A stretch of DNA of 58,278 nucleotides, counting the filler, from Trypethelium eluteriae (Eukaryota), in NCBI GenBank assembly GCA_051942245.1. It is 2 parts of 2 records of this genome, joined end to end, with 100 filler letters (N's around TTAATTAATTAA, not from the genome) between each part and the next. Parts side by side here need not be neighbours in the genome. Positions count along the whole stretch, not along the records: positions 1 to 29,143 come from JAVECL010000298.1; 1 more part is not named here. One strand, written 5' to 3'. The notes beneath the pieces were generated by a model. That model did not search any database. It was not told the origin of the DNA and saw nothing but the letters and a program-made list of their open reading frames with translations. This document shows positions 1-15,700 of the stretch, in pieces (position 1 is the stretch's first letter; every line of letters starts with the position of its first letter). Made by a program: the position numbers and the translations under genes.

Positions 1-981
1 CTCCCCACCCCCCGCGAATGCTGGAACTCGATGTCGCGCGAGCAGACCTCGCGTCTAGCATGGTGCTTCTGCCACCTCTTCACAGCCGCCTACGTGCAGT
101 GGAACGCGGCGTCCTCGCTGTCGCTGACGTCGCTGTCGCGCCTGCTCTTCTTCGACGCCGTCGGCGCCTTCATCTGCGTCGGCGTCGACGTCTGGTCTAA
201 CTTCGAGGTCTGGAAGCGCAGCTCGATTCGCCATCCGTTTGGGCTGGAGCGCGCCGATGTGCTGGCGGGGTTCGGGTGCGCGATTCTGCTCGCGTTTATG
301 GGGCTGGATTTGTTGAGTCATGGGGCGCAGCATGCGTTGGAGAATCAGGGTGGGCATGAGGCGCATCGGAGTCATGCGCATGAGAGGGTTAGTGCTGGAG
401 CGGTGGATTTCGATGTGCTGTTGAGTGTGGTGGCGACGCTGGTGAGTGCGTTGGGGTTGGGCAATCATAGGCGGATTGGCAGGAGTGTAAGAATTGGCGC
501 GATTGAGAATCTTCCAGGGCTGATGAAAAATCCGAGTCATGCACTTACATTGAGCGTCAGTGTCACTTTGCTGGTACTACCATTGCTCAGCGTGAAGATG
601 TATGGATGGTTGGACGGTGGTATCAGTCTGGTTGTGGCGATTGCCATGGTCTTTCTGGGTGCGAGATTGGGGACCCGTCTGGGAGGGGTGCTGCTCATGA
701 GCTTCAATGATCCTGGAAAGAACCTGACTGGAGTGCTTCAAAGTATTGAAACTGATCCTAGCGTGAGTCGCGTTGAAGAAGCCGGATTTTGGCAGGTGCA
801 TTATGGCCTTTATATGGCGAATTTGAAGTTGAAATGCTGGCGAGTTGGTATGAATGATGAAGGACTCACGAGACTTCGGGATAGAATCGCCAACGTAGTG
901 AAAAATAGACTAGGCGGTGCATATGGAGGAGGAGGATCGAAATGGGAAGTCAGCACGCAGGTCAGTTTCGAAAGAGATTGA
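1..981 (+). CDS. ZRG17: Cation-diffusion-facilitator (zinc) transporter, Zrg17-like; 5'-truncated by window edge
   Basis: Frame 1 is open from base 1 (LPTPRECWNSMSREQ...) to TGA at 979-981. It has several hydrophobic helices, the motif WKRSSIRHPFGLERADVLAGF, a His-rich loop (HEAHRSHAH) and C-terminal FWQVHYG...WEVS, all typical of fungal Zrg17-type CDF proteins. Confidence 0.8.
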   Translation, partial: LPTPRECWNSMSREQTSRLAWCFCHLFTAAYVQWNAASSLSLTSLSRLLFFDAVGAFICVGVDVWSNFEVWKRSSIRHPFGLERADVLAGFGCAILLAFMGLDLLSHGAQHALENQGGHEAHRSHAHERVSAGAVDFDVLLSVVATLVSALGLGNHRRIGRSVRIGAIENLPGLMKNPSHALTLSVSVTLLVLPLLSVKMYGWLDGGISLVVAIAMVFLGARLGTRLGGVLLMSFNDPGKNLTGVLQSIETDPSVSRVEEAGFWQVHYGLYMANLKLKCWRVGMNDEGLTRLRDRIANVVKNRLGGAYGGGGSKWEVSTQVSFERD

Positions 982-1209
982 TTGAAGAAGCCTGCGTAAC
1001 TCCTGGACAACATTATGACAGTCAATGATACCCCTTGTACATTACAGTATTCACATTTGTTTAAGGCACAGGTTCAGGGTCGAAGCAGCTGTGCTTACAA
1101 TTATGGACGATGAACCTGTATGAGTGTATCGAGGCACCGTCCTCCTGACAAGGCATCATTCTTGACTCCCGGATTCGTCAGTTCTTCGTCATCCTTGACG
1201 CGGTCTATT

Positions 1210-2906
<1,697 letters not shown>

Positions 2907-3060
2907 TCAAACCGCAGTCAACTAGCCTGAATTTTTCAGACTAAATGCTAATCAGTATTGACTTATGATATTGAAATGGTCGACGGAGCGTGAAAACGTA
3001 CAGGGCCAAAGGGAAGCTCTAGAATAATAATGATGACGACATAACTAAATCAATCTCTGG

Positions 3061-3418
3061 ATCAGATAATCATCAATGAGATGAGATGCTTAGAGGCCTG
3101 CTTTTGGTAGACCTCAATGAACAAGAGAATTATTAGGAAATTTTAAAACATCTCAAGGTACTTGGAACCCCGAGGAACGGCGGAGGATGGCCACTGCCCT
3201 TCCTAATGCGTCACCAGACATTATGGCCTGATGCCAATGCAGAATTTGACAGCCGTCACGGCCGATATCGGGAATTTAATTACGGCACCGCAGGCGGCAA
3301 GCGCGCCGGAGAAATGTTTAGACCATCATCTTGCGTTCACGGCGCTGATTCTGGGTGGAAGTTCAGATGGCGTTGATATTTTCATTACCATCTGATAACT
3401 TTAGCGCCATCTGATAAC
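3061..3418. promoter_or_regulatory. SreA/Urbs1-type iron-responsive GATA sites in the sidA/NRPS bidirectional promoter
   Basis: ATCAGATAA at 3061-3069, and ATCTGATAA at 3390-3398 and 3409-3417. The last two lie within a 12-bp direct repeat, CCATCTGATAAC, spaced 19 bp apart. All match the extended ATCWGATAA consensus of fungal siderophore repressors. Confidence 0.8.
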
Positions 3419-3732
3419 CTTATTGCGTCTACCTCGTCTCCTTTCATTGGTGATCTCTCATCAAGCCTCATCACGGTGATCCATGCACCATGGTGACGCA
3501 TGACAATAATGTCCAGGGCACCCTGAGCTCTGCCTTTGGAGCTCGATGCTTCGGTAATTTCCTGCCTTTTCTACTTGCCAGCGAGGACAGTTTTGTCAGG
3601 CAAATATTCTCCACCAATCCACCGGACACCGGCCGCTAAAGAGGCGTTTTTCGCGAAACTCTCTCGTGAAGGTGGTATGCATAAAAGCTTTTAAAGTGTG
3701 GCGGTACGTCCGTGAGTTTATGGGGATGCAGC

Positions 3733-6700
3733 ATGATGGCCGGAGTCAATCGGGAAGATTCCTGGTCAAATCTGAGATATACTTCATTTCCTAACCTCTA
3801 TCCCTGCCACCACAACCAGCGCGGTCACAACGCGTCTCGCACGGTCCTTGAGTCCCTGGTCGCGCCCAACGAGATCATCCTCGTTGCATGGGCAATTTTG
3901 CTCGCCAAATATACACAGGTGGACAACCCCATCTTCTCCTCCGATGACAACGGTCTGCAGGTCGAAACAAGTACCGGGGTCCTCAAGAGACTTCCACATG
4001 ATGCAATTACTGGAGAGCATTTCACCGCGGTCTATATTATTTCTACGCGAAGAAAACGCCCCGCGAATGGAGATCTCGAGTTCTCATACAACTCAGAGGC
4101 ACAGGTTGGCGAGCTCAGAAGCAATGGCGTTGTTCCGCCTAACCATCTAGACCAATTGGCTCTTCAACTGAAGGCGGCGGTGCTGGAGGCTTTCGACCTG
4201 AAAAATCGGCGTTCCGACAATAATGACAATGACCATCCCCGTCCGGCCTTATCCATTCTTAACCCAACTCCACGGCGCGCGAATGGGCCGCAATTACTGC
4301 ACCAGCTCGTACGATGGCATTCTGCCCAGCAGGACATCGCTATCGATTTCTTGAGCGAAGAAGGCGAGCGCAAAAGTTTGACATGGGACCAGCTTGACAA
4401 AGCGTCAAGCAGACTCGCCAGAGACATCCACGCACGTCTCGCACTAAGCCATACAAAGGCAACAGTGACACCTATCGTGCCAATTCTAATACCTCAATCA
4501 CTTGAACTATATGTGACTGAGCTGGCTATTCTGAAGGCTGGATGCGCGTTCTGTCCGCTTAATCTCGATGCCCCGGAAGAACGCATCAGATTCATTCTGC
4601 AAGATGTTTCTGCCACCATCGTCATCACTATTCAGACCCTCAAGGACAAATTGGCTAATCTTCCTGATGTTACCATTCTGCAGGCGAGACTTGAGTACGA
4701 GACTCTGGTTGAGTGGCAGCATGTCAACATCGATCCTACGGGCATCGCCTACGTTATGTACACCTCAGGATCCACAGGCAAACCTAAAGGTGTGGCTATC
4801 TCCCATTGTGCGGCAACGCAGGCATTGTTGGCCCATGACCAACACATCCCCCCCTTCGATCGATTTCTCCAATTCGCTTCTCCTACTTTCGATGTCTCAG
4901 TCTTTGAGATTTTCTTTCCTTTATTTCGAGGAAGTACGCTTGTAAGCTGTGACCGAGGTATAATGCTTAATGACCTTAGCTCTGTTATCAATTCTTTAGA
5001 AATTGATGCAGCAGAATTAACACCGACGGTGGCTGGAAGCCTCTTGCAAAAGCGAGAAAATGTGCCGCGTTTGCAGTTGCTACTAACCATAGGTGAAATG
5101 CTCACCAGAAACGTCATCGAGGAATTTGGAGAATCATCTGATCGTCGAGGAATATTACATGGCATGTACGGTCCAACCGAGGCTGCGATACACTGTACAC
5201 TGCAGTCAGATTTTCGAACGGAGCACAAAGTTGGCATTGTTGGCATTCCACTGCAAACTGTCTCTGTGTTCATTTTGGCCCCCGCCTTGGCCGAAGAGAA
5301 CGATATTTCTATCGTTAAGATCCTTCCGGTGGGACAAATTGGTGAGCTCGCGGTTGGCGGTCATCAGCTTGCCGACGGCTACCTCAACCGACCTGATCAG
5401 ACCTCGGCAGCCTTTGTAAACACAACAGACCATGGTCGGCTATACCGAACTGGTGATAAGGCACGTCTTCTTCCCGACGGCTCACTCGAATGTCTAGGTC
5501 GCATGGCAACGGGTCAAGTAAAACTGCGGGGCCAAAGAGTTGAGCTTGGAGAAATAGAGGAGGTTCTACTCCGAAGTTCATCATGTCATGCTGCTGTCGC
5601 TAGTATTGTCAATGGAGTCCTGGTGGTGTTCTGTCTTGTTGTCGAAGGTGGTCTGGAGAAGGACTCCCTCTACCGGCTTTGCCGGAAATGGCTGCCCGCG
5701 TTCATGATCCCTGCTGATATCGTGATACTTCATGACTTACCGCATCTACCATCCGGAAAAGTCGACAGGAAGCGACTGGAAGAACAGTATCAAGCTCGCG
5801 ACATTGAAGAAACAGATGGGATCGCCCCGGAGAATGAGAGGGAGGCAAAAATACTTTCAGTCGCAAGAAAATCACTTGGCAACGAGCTGGGCGTCACCGA
5901 TTCTTTGGGTCAAAATGGCCTTGACTCCTTGGCTGCAATCCAGTTTGCTTCTAACCTACGCAGGAACGGGTTCTCTGCTACTGTAACGGGGGTTCTCAAG
6001 CATCGCTCAGTGAGGGAGCTAGCACAGCATATTGTGGCTAATAAGCCCGTCCAATTCGGGACCCAGCAGATTTTTAATAATCGAGGGCTGATAGACAGTT
6101 TGACTAAAAAAGCACTCGAGAATGAAAACATTCACCAAAATCGCTCTGAACTGACCAAAGTTCTCCCTTGCTCACCACTTCAAACCGCCTTCTTAGTTGA
6201 GACGTCTCGTAGGAATGGCGCCTATTGGAACTGGATCGAGCTGGAGCTACAGACCTGCTGCAGCGAACAACGAATTCGGGATGCCTTCCTACGCCTGGTG
6301 GCCGAAAATGAAATTTTACGGTCTGGTTTTACCGAAGTCGGTGATAATCTAAACCCATTTGTTTTGTTGGTTTGGCAAGGTCTGCTGGATTCACAAGTTT
6401 TGGGAGTCGACGAGTTTCAATACGACCCTCCTAGCGGTTTCGACGCACTAATACGCCCGCTGAATGTACAGGTTCGCTCAGCCAACGAGTCAACCTCTAT
6501 CTTGATACAAATCCATCACGCCTTATACGATGGATGGAGTATGGATCTAATAGTTCGAGACCTTGATCGCTCGCTTCAAGGCGCAGCCGTACCAGCACGA
6601 CCGCAGTATCTTGAAGTGATTGGTTATCATCTCAGTAAACAGTCAGTGGACAGAGACGCAGACCGCCTTTTTTGGCAAGAGAAATTGAGCAACTCTAACC

Positions 6701-9700
6701 CTTGCAAGTTGCCAAATTTGAGTGGAAAGAATCAGCCCGAAAAAGGTTTGGAAAGGATCGACCGTTTCTGCTCGATTCCACTGGACAAAGTAAGAACCTG
6801 TGCAAGAGAACGCCATTTTAGCCCTCAGGTATATTTTCAAGCAGCGTTTGCATATCTCCTGGCAGCATATACAGGGTCAAGCGATGTTATCCTGGGCACA
6901 GTGTCGTCTGGCAGAACGCTTCCAGTCACTGGTATCGAGGAAATCATTGGACCTTGTATTGCCACTTTACCACTACGCGTCGATATCGCCCAGTCTAGAT
7001 CCGGCCTCGACCTCCTGCGTGCTATTCATCGTTTGAATCGTGAACTCATGGAGCATTGTACACTACCTCTCCAAGAGATCAAGAACACTTGTGGCCTGCA
7101 ACCGGGGAAGCCATTGTTTGATACGTTGCTTATCTGGCAGGAATCTCCTCTAAGTTCTTCTCCACCCGAAGCAATTCGCGTTGTGAATTCTGCGGACTAC
7201 CTTGAATTTAATATCTTGCTAGAGTTTGAGCCAATAGGGAATTCTCTACGCACCAGAGCAACGTTTCAGCCATCGCTTATCCCGCTGTCCCACATGGAGG
7301 TTTTGATTGCACAGCTTGACAGTCTAGTGGCATGGATGCTCGAATACGAGGACGAGCTTCTTGAGAAAGCCAATCAATGCTTCGACTTGGACCACCTATC
7401 CATGGAAAATCAAGCTCCTGTGCAGATGCCATTCGATGGCGGAGTAGCAGTACTGGTGCAGAAACACGCGTCCACAACTCCGAAAGCTCCAGCTCTAGCC
7501 TTTGCTTCCAAGACGCAAGCCAGCTTTTCGATCGAGACCTTGACATTCGGAGAACTTAATGAGAAAGCAATCCGCATTTCCCAATACTTGATAGCTAGAG
7601 GTGTCGAGCAAAATATGCTAGTCGGCATATGTATGGACAAGTCCATTGAGCTCTACACTTGCATACTTGCAGCAATTTATGCCGGCGCAGGCTACTTGCC
7701 AATAACACCGGACACTCCAGTGGCCAGGATCAAGGCAGCCATGCAGGAAGCCGAGGTTTCGCTCTGTCTCAGCAATGGCGTTATTGCAGGGCAATTGAAG
7801 CTATCGCTGCAGTCGAAAATAATCGATGTGAACGATTTAGACGACGAATTGTCTCGGCAACCCAGTAACGTTCCTGTGGTTGCTTGCAAAGAGTCTGATG
7901 TAGCTTATGCAGTCTTCACTTCCGGAAGTACTGGAACTCCGAAAGGTGTATTGGTCACTCATCAAAATCTCTCAAGTAATATCAAGACCCTTGAGGGCAT
8001 ATATCCTGTCACCAAGGAATCCAAGCTTCTCCAAGCATGTTCACAAGCTTTTGACGTTTCCGTCTTCGAGATTTTCTTTGCGTGGTCCACAGGCATGTGC
8101 TTGTGTTCGACGTCCAAAGATGTTCTCTTCCAAGACATTGAAGGAATTATTCGCGAATTTGGCATAACCCATCTCAGCTTGACTCCAACCGTTGCTGCAC
8201 TTATCAACCCCGACAATGTCCCCAGCGTTCGATTCCTTGTTACCTCCGGCGAAGCTGTCACTGAGCAAGTTTTCAGGACGTGGGCTGAACGCGGGCTGTG
8301 GCAAGGCTATGGACCGAGCGAGACTACAAATATCTGCACCGTCAATGCCCGAGTTTCTAACATGGACCTGATCAACAATATTGGACCACCGTTTCCGAAT
8401 ACCTCGGCGTTCGTGTTGTCAAAGGGGTCTGGCTTTGATCTGATTCCTCGTGGTGGCGTGGGCGAACTTTGTTTTGGCGGCGACCAAGTCTTTAGAGGAT
8501 ACCTCAAGATGCCGGAACTTAATTCTCAGAAGATTATTGATCATCCAGACTTTGGCAGGATATATCGCAGTGGGGACCTTGGCCGCTTGCTTTACGATGG
8601 CTCTGTCTTGTTTGAAGGCAGACTTGATGATCAGATCAAGTTAAGAGGTCAAAGAATTGAACTGGGTGAGATTAATGCAACTGTGCTTAGTGTGAATGGT
8701 GTACGGGACTGCTTTTCCTACGTCATCCAGCAATCTGCTGGTCTCTTCCAACGCCTGATGACCTTCTGGGTGGCAGATGCACATTCGGGTACAGATTTCG
8801 CTGTGGTATCAGTCAGTGATGAGTTAAGGGAGAAGATCGACTTAATATACGAAGCTCTACGGGCCACCCTGCCTGCCTACATGATTCCGGTTAACCTCAT
8901 CCCGATCACCCATTTACCAATGACAATTCAAGGGAAAATTGACAAGCTCAGACTTACTAGTCTCATCAATGAGCTCGACCACAAAACGCTAGACCAGTTC
9001 TCTGAATCGTCTGCCGATGCCTACAAAGACCAAATCTGGACGATGGAAGAGAGAAGCCTTGCTGCTATCGTCGCTGAAGTTCTGAGCGTACCTACTACCG
9101 AGATAGGACGCCATACCTCGTTTTTCAGTCTGGGACTGGACTCTATCTCTGCGATTTCTGTTGCTAGCTCTATCCGCAGAAAAATGGACTTGAATTTAGA
9201 TCTCTCGACCGTATTGAAGTGTCCTACGGTATCGCGGCTGTCGCAAGCAATGGCTCAAATGATGCGCGAGGAGGATGTCACGAAGGCTTCCACATCGAAG
9301 GCCGAGCTTCACGTATTTCCCGAGAAGATCTTAGAGACTGTGAGGTCTACGTACGAGCGCGACGGTAAATCCATCCAAGCAATCCTACCATGTACCCCAT
9401 TGCAGGAAGCTATGTTGTCCTTGGGTCCCGGTAAGGCGGCATATCATAATCGCACCCTTTTCCGAATCCATGGAGACATTGAACGGCTCAAAGGTACTTG
9501 GCAGGAGATGTGTCACAGACACGATATCCTTAGAGCCACGTTCATACCCATTGACACTCTCGAGTATGCATACGCGCAGGTAGTATTGGTAGAGGCAAAG
9601 CTTCCCTGGGCTACTCCAGCAACCACAGTAACAGACTTCGATGCATTGGTGCCTGGGGAAATTGATGTTGCTCATGGGCACGAATACAACACCGATCTCC

Positions 9701-12700
9701 CTTACTCCTTGACAAACTTCAAGATTGATGGCATTCACTACCTCATGCTGAATATGCATCACGCGCTTTATGATGCTGTCGCAATTGACCGATTACTGTA
9801 CGAGATCGAAGTCTCCTATCACGCCCAAGATAATCTGCCGCCCACTGTGTCGTTTGCAACTTTCCTCGATGCGCTGGTATCGACCGACTTATCCAAAGCA
9901 GACCAGTTCTGGACTTCACATCTAGCTCATTTCACCCCGATCGGCTTTCCTCGGCTCTGTCAGGATGCTAGAGTAGCCAATACACGTGGACTGGACTACC
10001 ATCTTTCCTCTAAGACCCTCAACATTGGCCTCGACGAACTGGAGCGTGCCTGCAAATCTGTTTCTAGCACAATGCTCTGCGTCACGCAGGCTGCTTTTGC
10101 CAAATTCCTCTCGCTATATCTTGGAAGATCAGACATTTGTTTTGGGAACGTTGTGAGCGGCCGCAGCCTCCCTATCGATGGTATTGAGCGCATTGTAGCG
10201 CCCTGTTTTAACACTCTTCCAGTCAGAGTTGATCTCACTTCTCTTTCGACCAACATTGAATTAATACAAGATTTGCAAAGATACAATGTGGATGTGCTGC
10301 CTTTCCACCTAACTCCACTTCGACGAATCCAGACTAAGGCGGCCCGTGCTGGGCAAAGCCTTTTCGACACACTGTTCATCCTGCAGCAGCCAACTCGAGA
10401 TTTAGACCACGAGATTTGGTCTTTAGAGAAAGATTACGGAGAAATGAATTTTCCCTTTGTTATGGAATTGATACCCAATGTTTGCAAGAACACGCTCTCC
10501 ATTAATGTGTATTATGAATCGTAGGTTCACTATCGGGTCTCATAGACGATTTGCCGATTAGCTGATTTGTCGACAGTCGCACAATATCTTTAAATGATGT
10601 ACGATATGTTTTCGAAGCCTATGAAGATGCTTTGCGGTCATGTATGACTTTTCCTTCCGCGTCAGTAAGCGATCTCGTTTCAGCAGAACCGTTGCAGAAT
10701 CCGGCGAACGCGATCGACTTTGCAGTTCTGAGTAGCGACAAGATCGCGACACCAGTCTTTGGGATTGGTGACTTGTATTCTGAAATCCATGGGAGCCAAG
10801 GCAGCCTGGAGTCTTCCACCACCATCGAGAAGAATGGAAGGAGCTTCTATAAGACCGGCAAGCTAGCCCGCGTGCTACCCGGTAATAGATACGCTGAAAT
10901 CGACAATAGAAACACTCTAGTCCGCGATCGTACTCTTGGACATGGGGCCACGGCGCAAGAAGATGCCAATGCGGATTGGACAGAAGTCGAGTGGTCTATC
11001 CGAGAGGTCATTACGCAATTTTCTCTTTCTTCGGGAAACCAGATCAAGAGAAACACCACGATCTACCAACTTGGGCTAGACAGCATTAATGCTGTCCAAA
11101 TTGCTGCCAAGCTCAGAGACAGAGGTCTGAAGGTCTCCTCTTCCGACATGATGGAGCATCCAACATGTGCTAGTCTTGCAGTCGCCCTTCAGCAAAAGCG
11201 ATCGGCTCAATCAACTTCTCCGAAGTTCAATCTTGAGGACTTTACTGCCCACTTCAAGCGGTCTGTTTGTGCGAGACACCACCTGGATGAGAATGAAGTG
11301 CATCGTATTAGACCGTGCACTCCACTTCAGTCGGGTCTTATTGCCGAATCGATTCGTTCACAGACAAGAATGTATGTCAATGAGATAAAGATGCAATTAT
11401 ACGAGGATATTGACCTCCAACGTTTTAATCACGCTTGGAGAGCTGTGCAGCAGAAGTACGCCATGTTGCGGACTGGCTTCACTCAAATTAACCACAGTAA
11501 GTTTCCAATGGCCATGATTGAGTATAATCCTTCGGCTGTAGAGATCCCGTGGCATCTATTTTCAGATACGGTGCGGACCCGAGAGGTCGTCGAGCAAAAT
11601 GTAACGATCATTTTATCCGCCTTACATAAAATCCCATGGCGAATATTACTCTTCCCAACCGAAAGGAATTACACAATGGTTCTCCTAGCCCATCATGCAA
11701 TTTACGATGCGCAGTTACTTCAGAGCATTCTGGATGATGTTGCAAACGCCTACAGTGACCATAAGCTCTCGCTCGCACCGTCCTTGGACACCGCCATAGC
11801 AGAGATCCTGGAGGACAGCAACGATGAATCGGAGCGCAACCGTCAGTTTTGGGAACATACGGGGAAGAGAATGGCGATTAGTCGGTTCCCCAATTTGACT
11901 CCACTCGTTGTCGATCATGGGGAGTCCTATGTTGAAGCTAGAAAATGTCAACAAAGTCTCGCTGAACTTGAAGAAGGCAGTCGTATTGTGGGGACCACCA
12001 TGCAGGCGATCGCTCAGGCTGCTTGGGCTCAAGTTCTCTCATGCTATATCGGAGAGACTGACGTCACGTTTGGAGTTGTTCTTTCTGGTAGGACGACCGA
12101 TGTCAGAGAGCATGCAGCACTGCCTTGCATAATTACAGTCCCGGTTCCATGCCATGTTGGGGATGATGGTCAACGGTTGTTGGAGGAGATGCTGAACTAC
12201 AATGCAAAGGTGCAACGGTACCAATTCACGCCTCTGCCAAAGATCCAGCGCTGGACTGGCCATCCTGATGAGTCTCTTTTCGATACAATCCTCACCTATC
12301 AGAAGCGAAATGCATCATCATCCGAAACCGCAAGACCCTGGGTCATTGCGGATGAGAAAGCTACTATCAACTATACTGTTTCGCTTGAGCTCGAACCGTG
12401 TCTGAAAGACAGCAGTCTGGTCATCCGCTTAGCTGCAAAAGACGACGTTCTTCCAAGACCCCAAGCAAAGCTTATGTTGAATCAATTCGAAGAGTGCTTC
12501 ATTGAACTTTTATTTGCTACCAGTAAGGGGCGCAGGCAGACGGCGATACACCGCGAGCACCTCTTGTCCATAACGCCGGCGAAGGACCAAGCATTATCAT
12601 CAAGTGTTCAATCGTTGCATCAGTTTGTTGAGCGTACAGCAATCGAGAGTCCTCAGCGAGTTGCTCTCGAGTTTGCAACTTCTCTAGACGCAGCCGGTCG

Positions 12701-15700
12701 CCAGCGGTGGACATATCGCGAGATCAACGAGGCAGGCAACCGTGTTGGGCATTTACTTCAGAATCACGGAGTGAAGCCCGGCAGTATTGTGGCGACGTGC
12801 TTCGACAAAAGTGCGGAGGCCTCATTTGCCTTCATCGGGATACTCAAGGCAGGCTGCGCTTTCGTTGCTCTAGACCCAACGGCGCCTCTTGCCCGAAAAA
12901 GTTTTATTATTGAAGATTCTCAAGCTAAAGTTGTTTTGTCTACGAAAAATGTTGCCACAAGTTTGCCGCAGAACGACTACGTATACATAATTGACCTCAA
13001 TTCTTGCAGGCTGGAAAACTGGCCTGCGGGTCCGGTCAAACTCGCGAGGGAAGTGCAGTCCGACGATCTGAGCTACTGCTTGTATACATCGGGGACTACG
13101 GGAACACCGAAAGGCTGCATGATTACCCATAAGAACGTCGTCCAGGCTATGCTTTCGTTTCAAAAACTCTTCGCTGGCCATTGGAATCAAGATTCTCGGT
13201 GGCTTCAATTTGCATCATTCCACTTCGATGTCAGCGTACTCGAGCAGTTTTGGAGTTGGTCAGTTGGTATCTGCGTTGTTTCGGCACCCCGCGATCTAGT
13301 CTTCCAAGATATTGCTGAGACCATTCGTCAACTAGAGATTACTCACATCGACCTTACCCCTAGTCTCGCCAAATTATTACACCCGGACGATGTGCCCAGC
13401 CTCTGCAATGGAGTATTCATCACTGGCGGTGAGCCGTTGAAGCAGGAGATTATTGATGTTTGGGGCCCAAGAACTGTCATTTACAATGGTTATGGTCCCA
13501 CTGAAGCGACCATTGGAGTAACCATGCACCCGCGAGTGCCGTGTAGTGGTAAGCCGTCAAATATTGGGAGACAATTCGACAATGTGGGGACGTACGTCCT
13601 CAAACCCAAGTCGGACACCGCCGTCCTCCGAGGTGGCATAGGTGAGCTTTGTATAGCTGGTACCTTGGTCGGTAGAGGCTATCTCAACAGGCCCGAATTG
13701 ACTAATGAGCGATTTCCCTTCCTTAAAAAGTATGGTGAGAGAGTATACCGGACCGGAGACCTCGTACGCATTTTGCATGATGGTACGTTCATATTCCACG
13801 GCCGAATAGATGATCAAGTCAAGCTTCGTGGCCAAAGATTAGAAGTCGGGGAGATCAACAATGTTTTGTTGCAAGCTTTGCCAGAACTGGCCGATGTTAG
13901 CACGCTGGTGCTCAAACATCCAAAGCAGCAAAAGGACCAACTGGTTACTTTCATGGTACTCAAGGAGTCCGCAGGCAAGCAAGAGCCACACGTAATTACT
14001 GAAAGTCAAGGACAACTTCTCCGGAGCGCGCAAGAGGCTTGCGAGACCAGACTCCCGTCATACATGGTCCCGAGCTATTTCATTCCAATTTCACGTATTC
14101 CACTTACCGTAAACAATAAAGTGGACTCTCGTAAGTTACAAACTATGTTTGACGAGATGTCTTTGCATGAGCTGCAAAGGCTGGGTCAGCACCTGCCGCA
14201 ACCTTCGAATTCCTTAACTCCCACAGAAACGAGACTTGTTGCGGTTCTCGCTGGTTTTCTGTCCGTTTCGACAAAGGAGATCTCCCCCTTGACCAGTATC
14301 TTCGAGCTCGGACTTGACTCAATTTCAGCAATCGGATTCACACGCGCATTGAAAGATGCTGGTTTTCACAGCGCCGAAGTTTCCACCATTATACAAAATT
14401 CTCACATTCAGTCACTTGCGAAAGCACTGGCCGATGTTACATCGATCACTACGGACGGAGCAATCGTTGCCGCAAGACAAAATATTGCGGCTTATCAGCA
14501 CAAGCATATTGGGACAGCAATGAAACTCCTCGGCGTCACCCTGGAAAAGATTGAAAGCCTGGCTCCTTGTACTCCTCTGCAAGAAGGTATCATATCAAGA
14601 TCGCTCAACAACCAAAGACCAGTCTATTTCAATTCCTTTCTTCTGGAATTAGCGGAGGATGTGAACTCTGAGACGCTCAAGTCAGCATGGGAAAGAGTAT
14701 TTGAAGCTGTACAAATCCTACGCACTCGGTTCATCTCGACCGCAGATGGCTATATGCAAGTGATCCTCCGACAGCTACAACTTCCATGGACGGAGCAAAA
14801 GTTTGAGAATGAGAACCAGATGGGCCAATTCCTTGATGAGAGTGCTGATGAATGGATTGAGAAAAATGGGGATCATTTTGCAAAGCCTTTCGAAGTCGTC
14901 ATCACTCGTTGCCCAACAAAGGCTGTGATGGCTTTACATCTCTTCCACGCGTTGTATGACGGGAATAGTATACAGTTGCTTCTAACCATCTTGACAAAGA
15001 GCTTTACAGATAACGAAATGCCTAATGTCGGTCCCAATTTTCACGACGCGCTCCCTTTCGGGCCTCTACGGAGGACCGATGGTGCGGAACACTTCTGGAT
15101 CGAGCACTTGGACTCTGTTAAACCTGGTAAATTACGCCCTTTGTCTGAACTGTCTTCAAGAAACGACTGTTTTGTTACTGTTGATGTCCATGGGCTCCGC
15201 ACTTTTGATACTATTCGTCAGCGCCTCGGGGTAACGGATCAGGCGCTTTTCCAAGCGTGCTGGGCTTCCTTGTTGCTTAGCTACTTTGGAAGCGACGTCG
15301 TGTTTGGCAATGTTATCTCGGGGAGGTCGATTGACTTTGAGGGTGCCGACCAAGTCATAGGCCCACTGTTCAATACAATCCCGTTTGCTCCGAAAATCCG
15401 AAAAGGCGACACATGGGGTTCAGTGGTAAGGACATGCCATGAGTTCAACGTCTCAGTATTACCATACCAACATACACCGCTGCGGAACATCTTGAAGTGG
15501 TGCAAATACTCACAGTACCAGCCGCTATTTGAAGTTCTGTTTGTGTTTCAGAAGGAGACTCCTCGAACAGACACAAGCGGATGTCTTCTTCGAGGAGAGG
15601 TGGCAAGCGAGAACCAGGCCGATTATCCGCTTGCTCTTGAAGTGGAGAGAAAATGCAGCGGAACTTTCACGTTAACTTTGGCAGCCCAAGGTAATATCGC

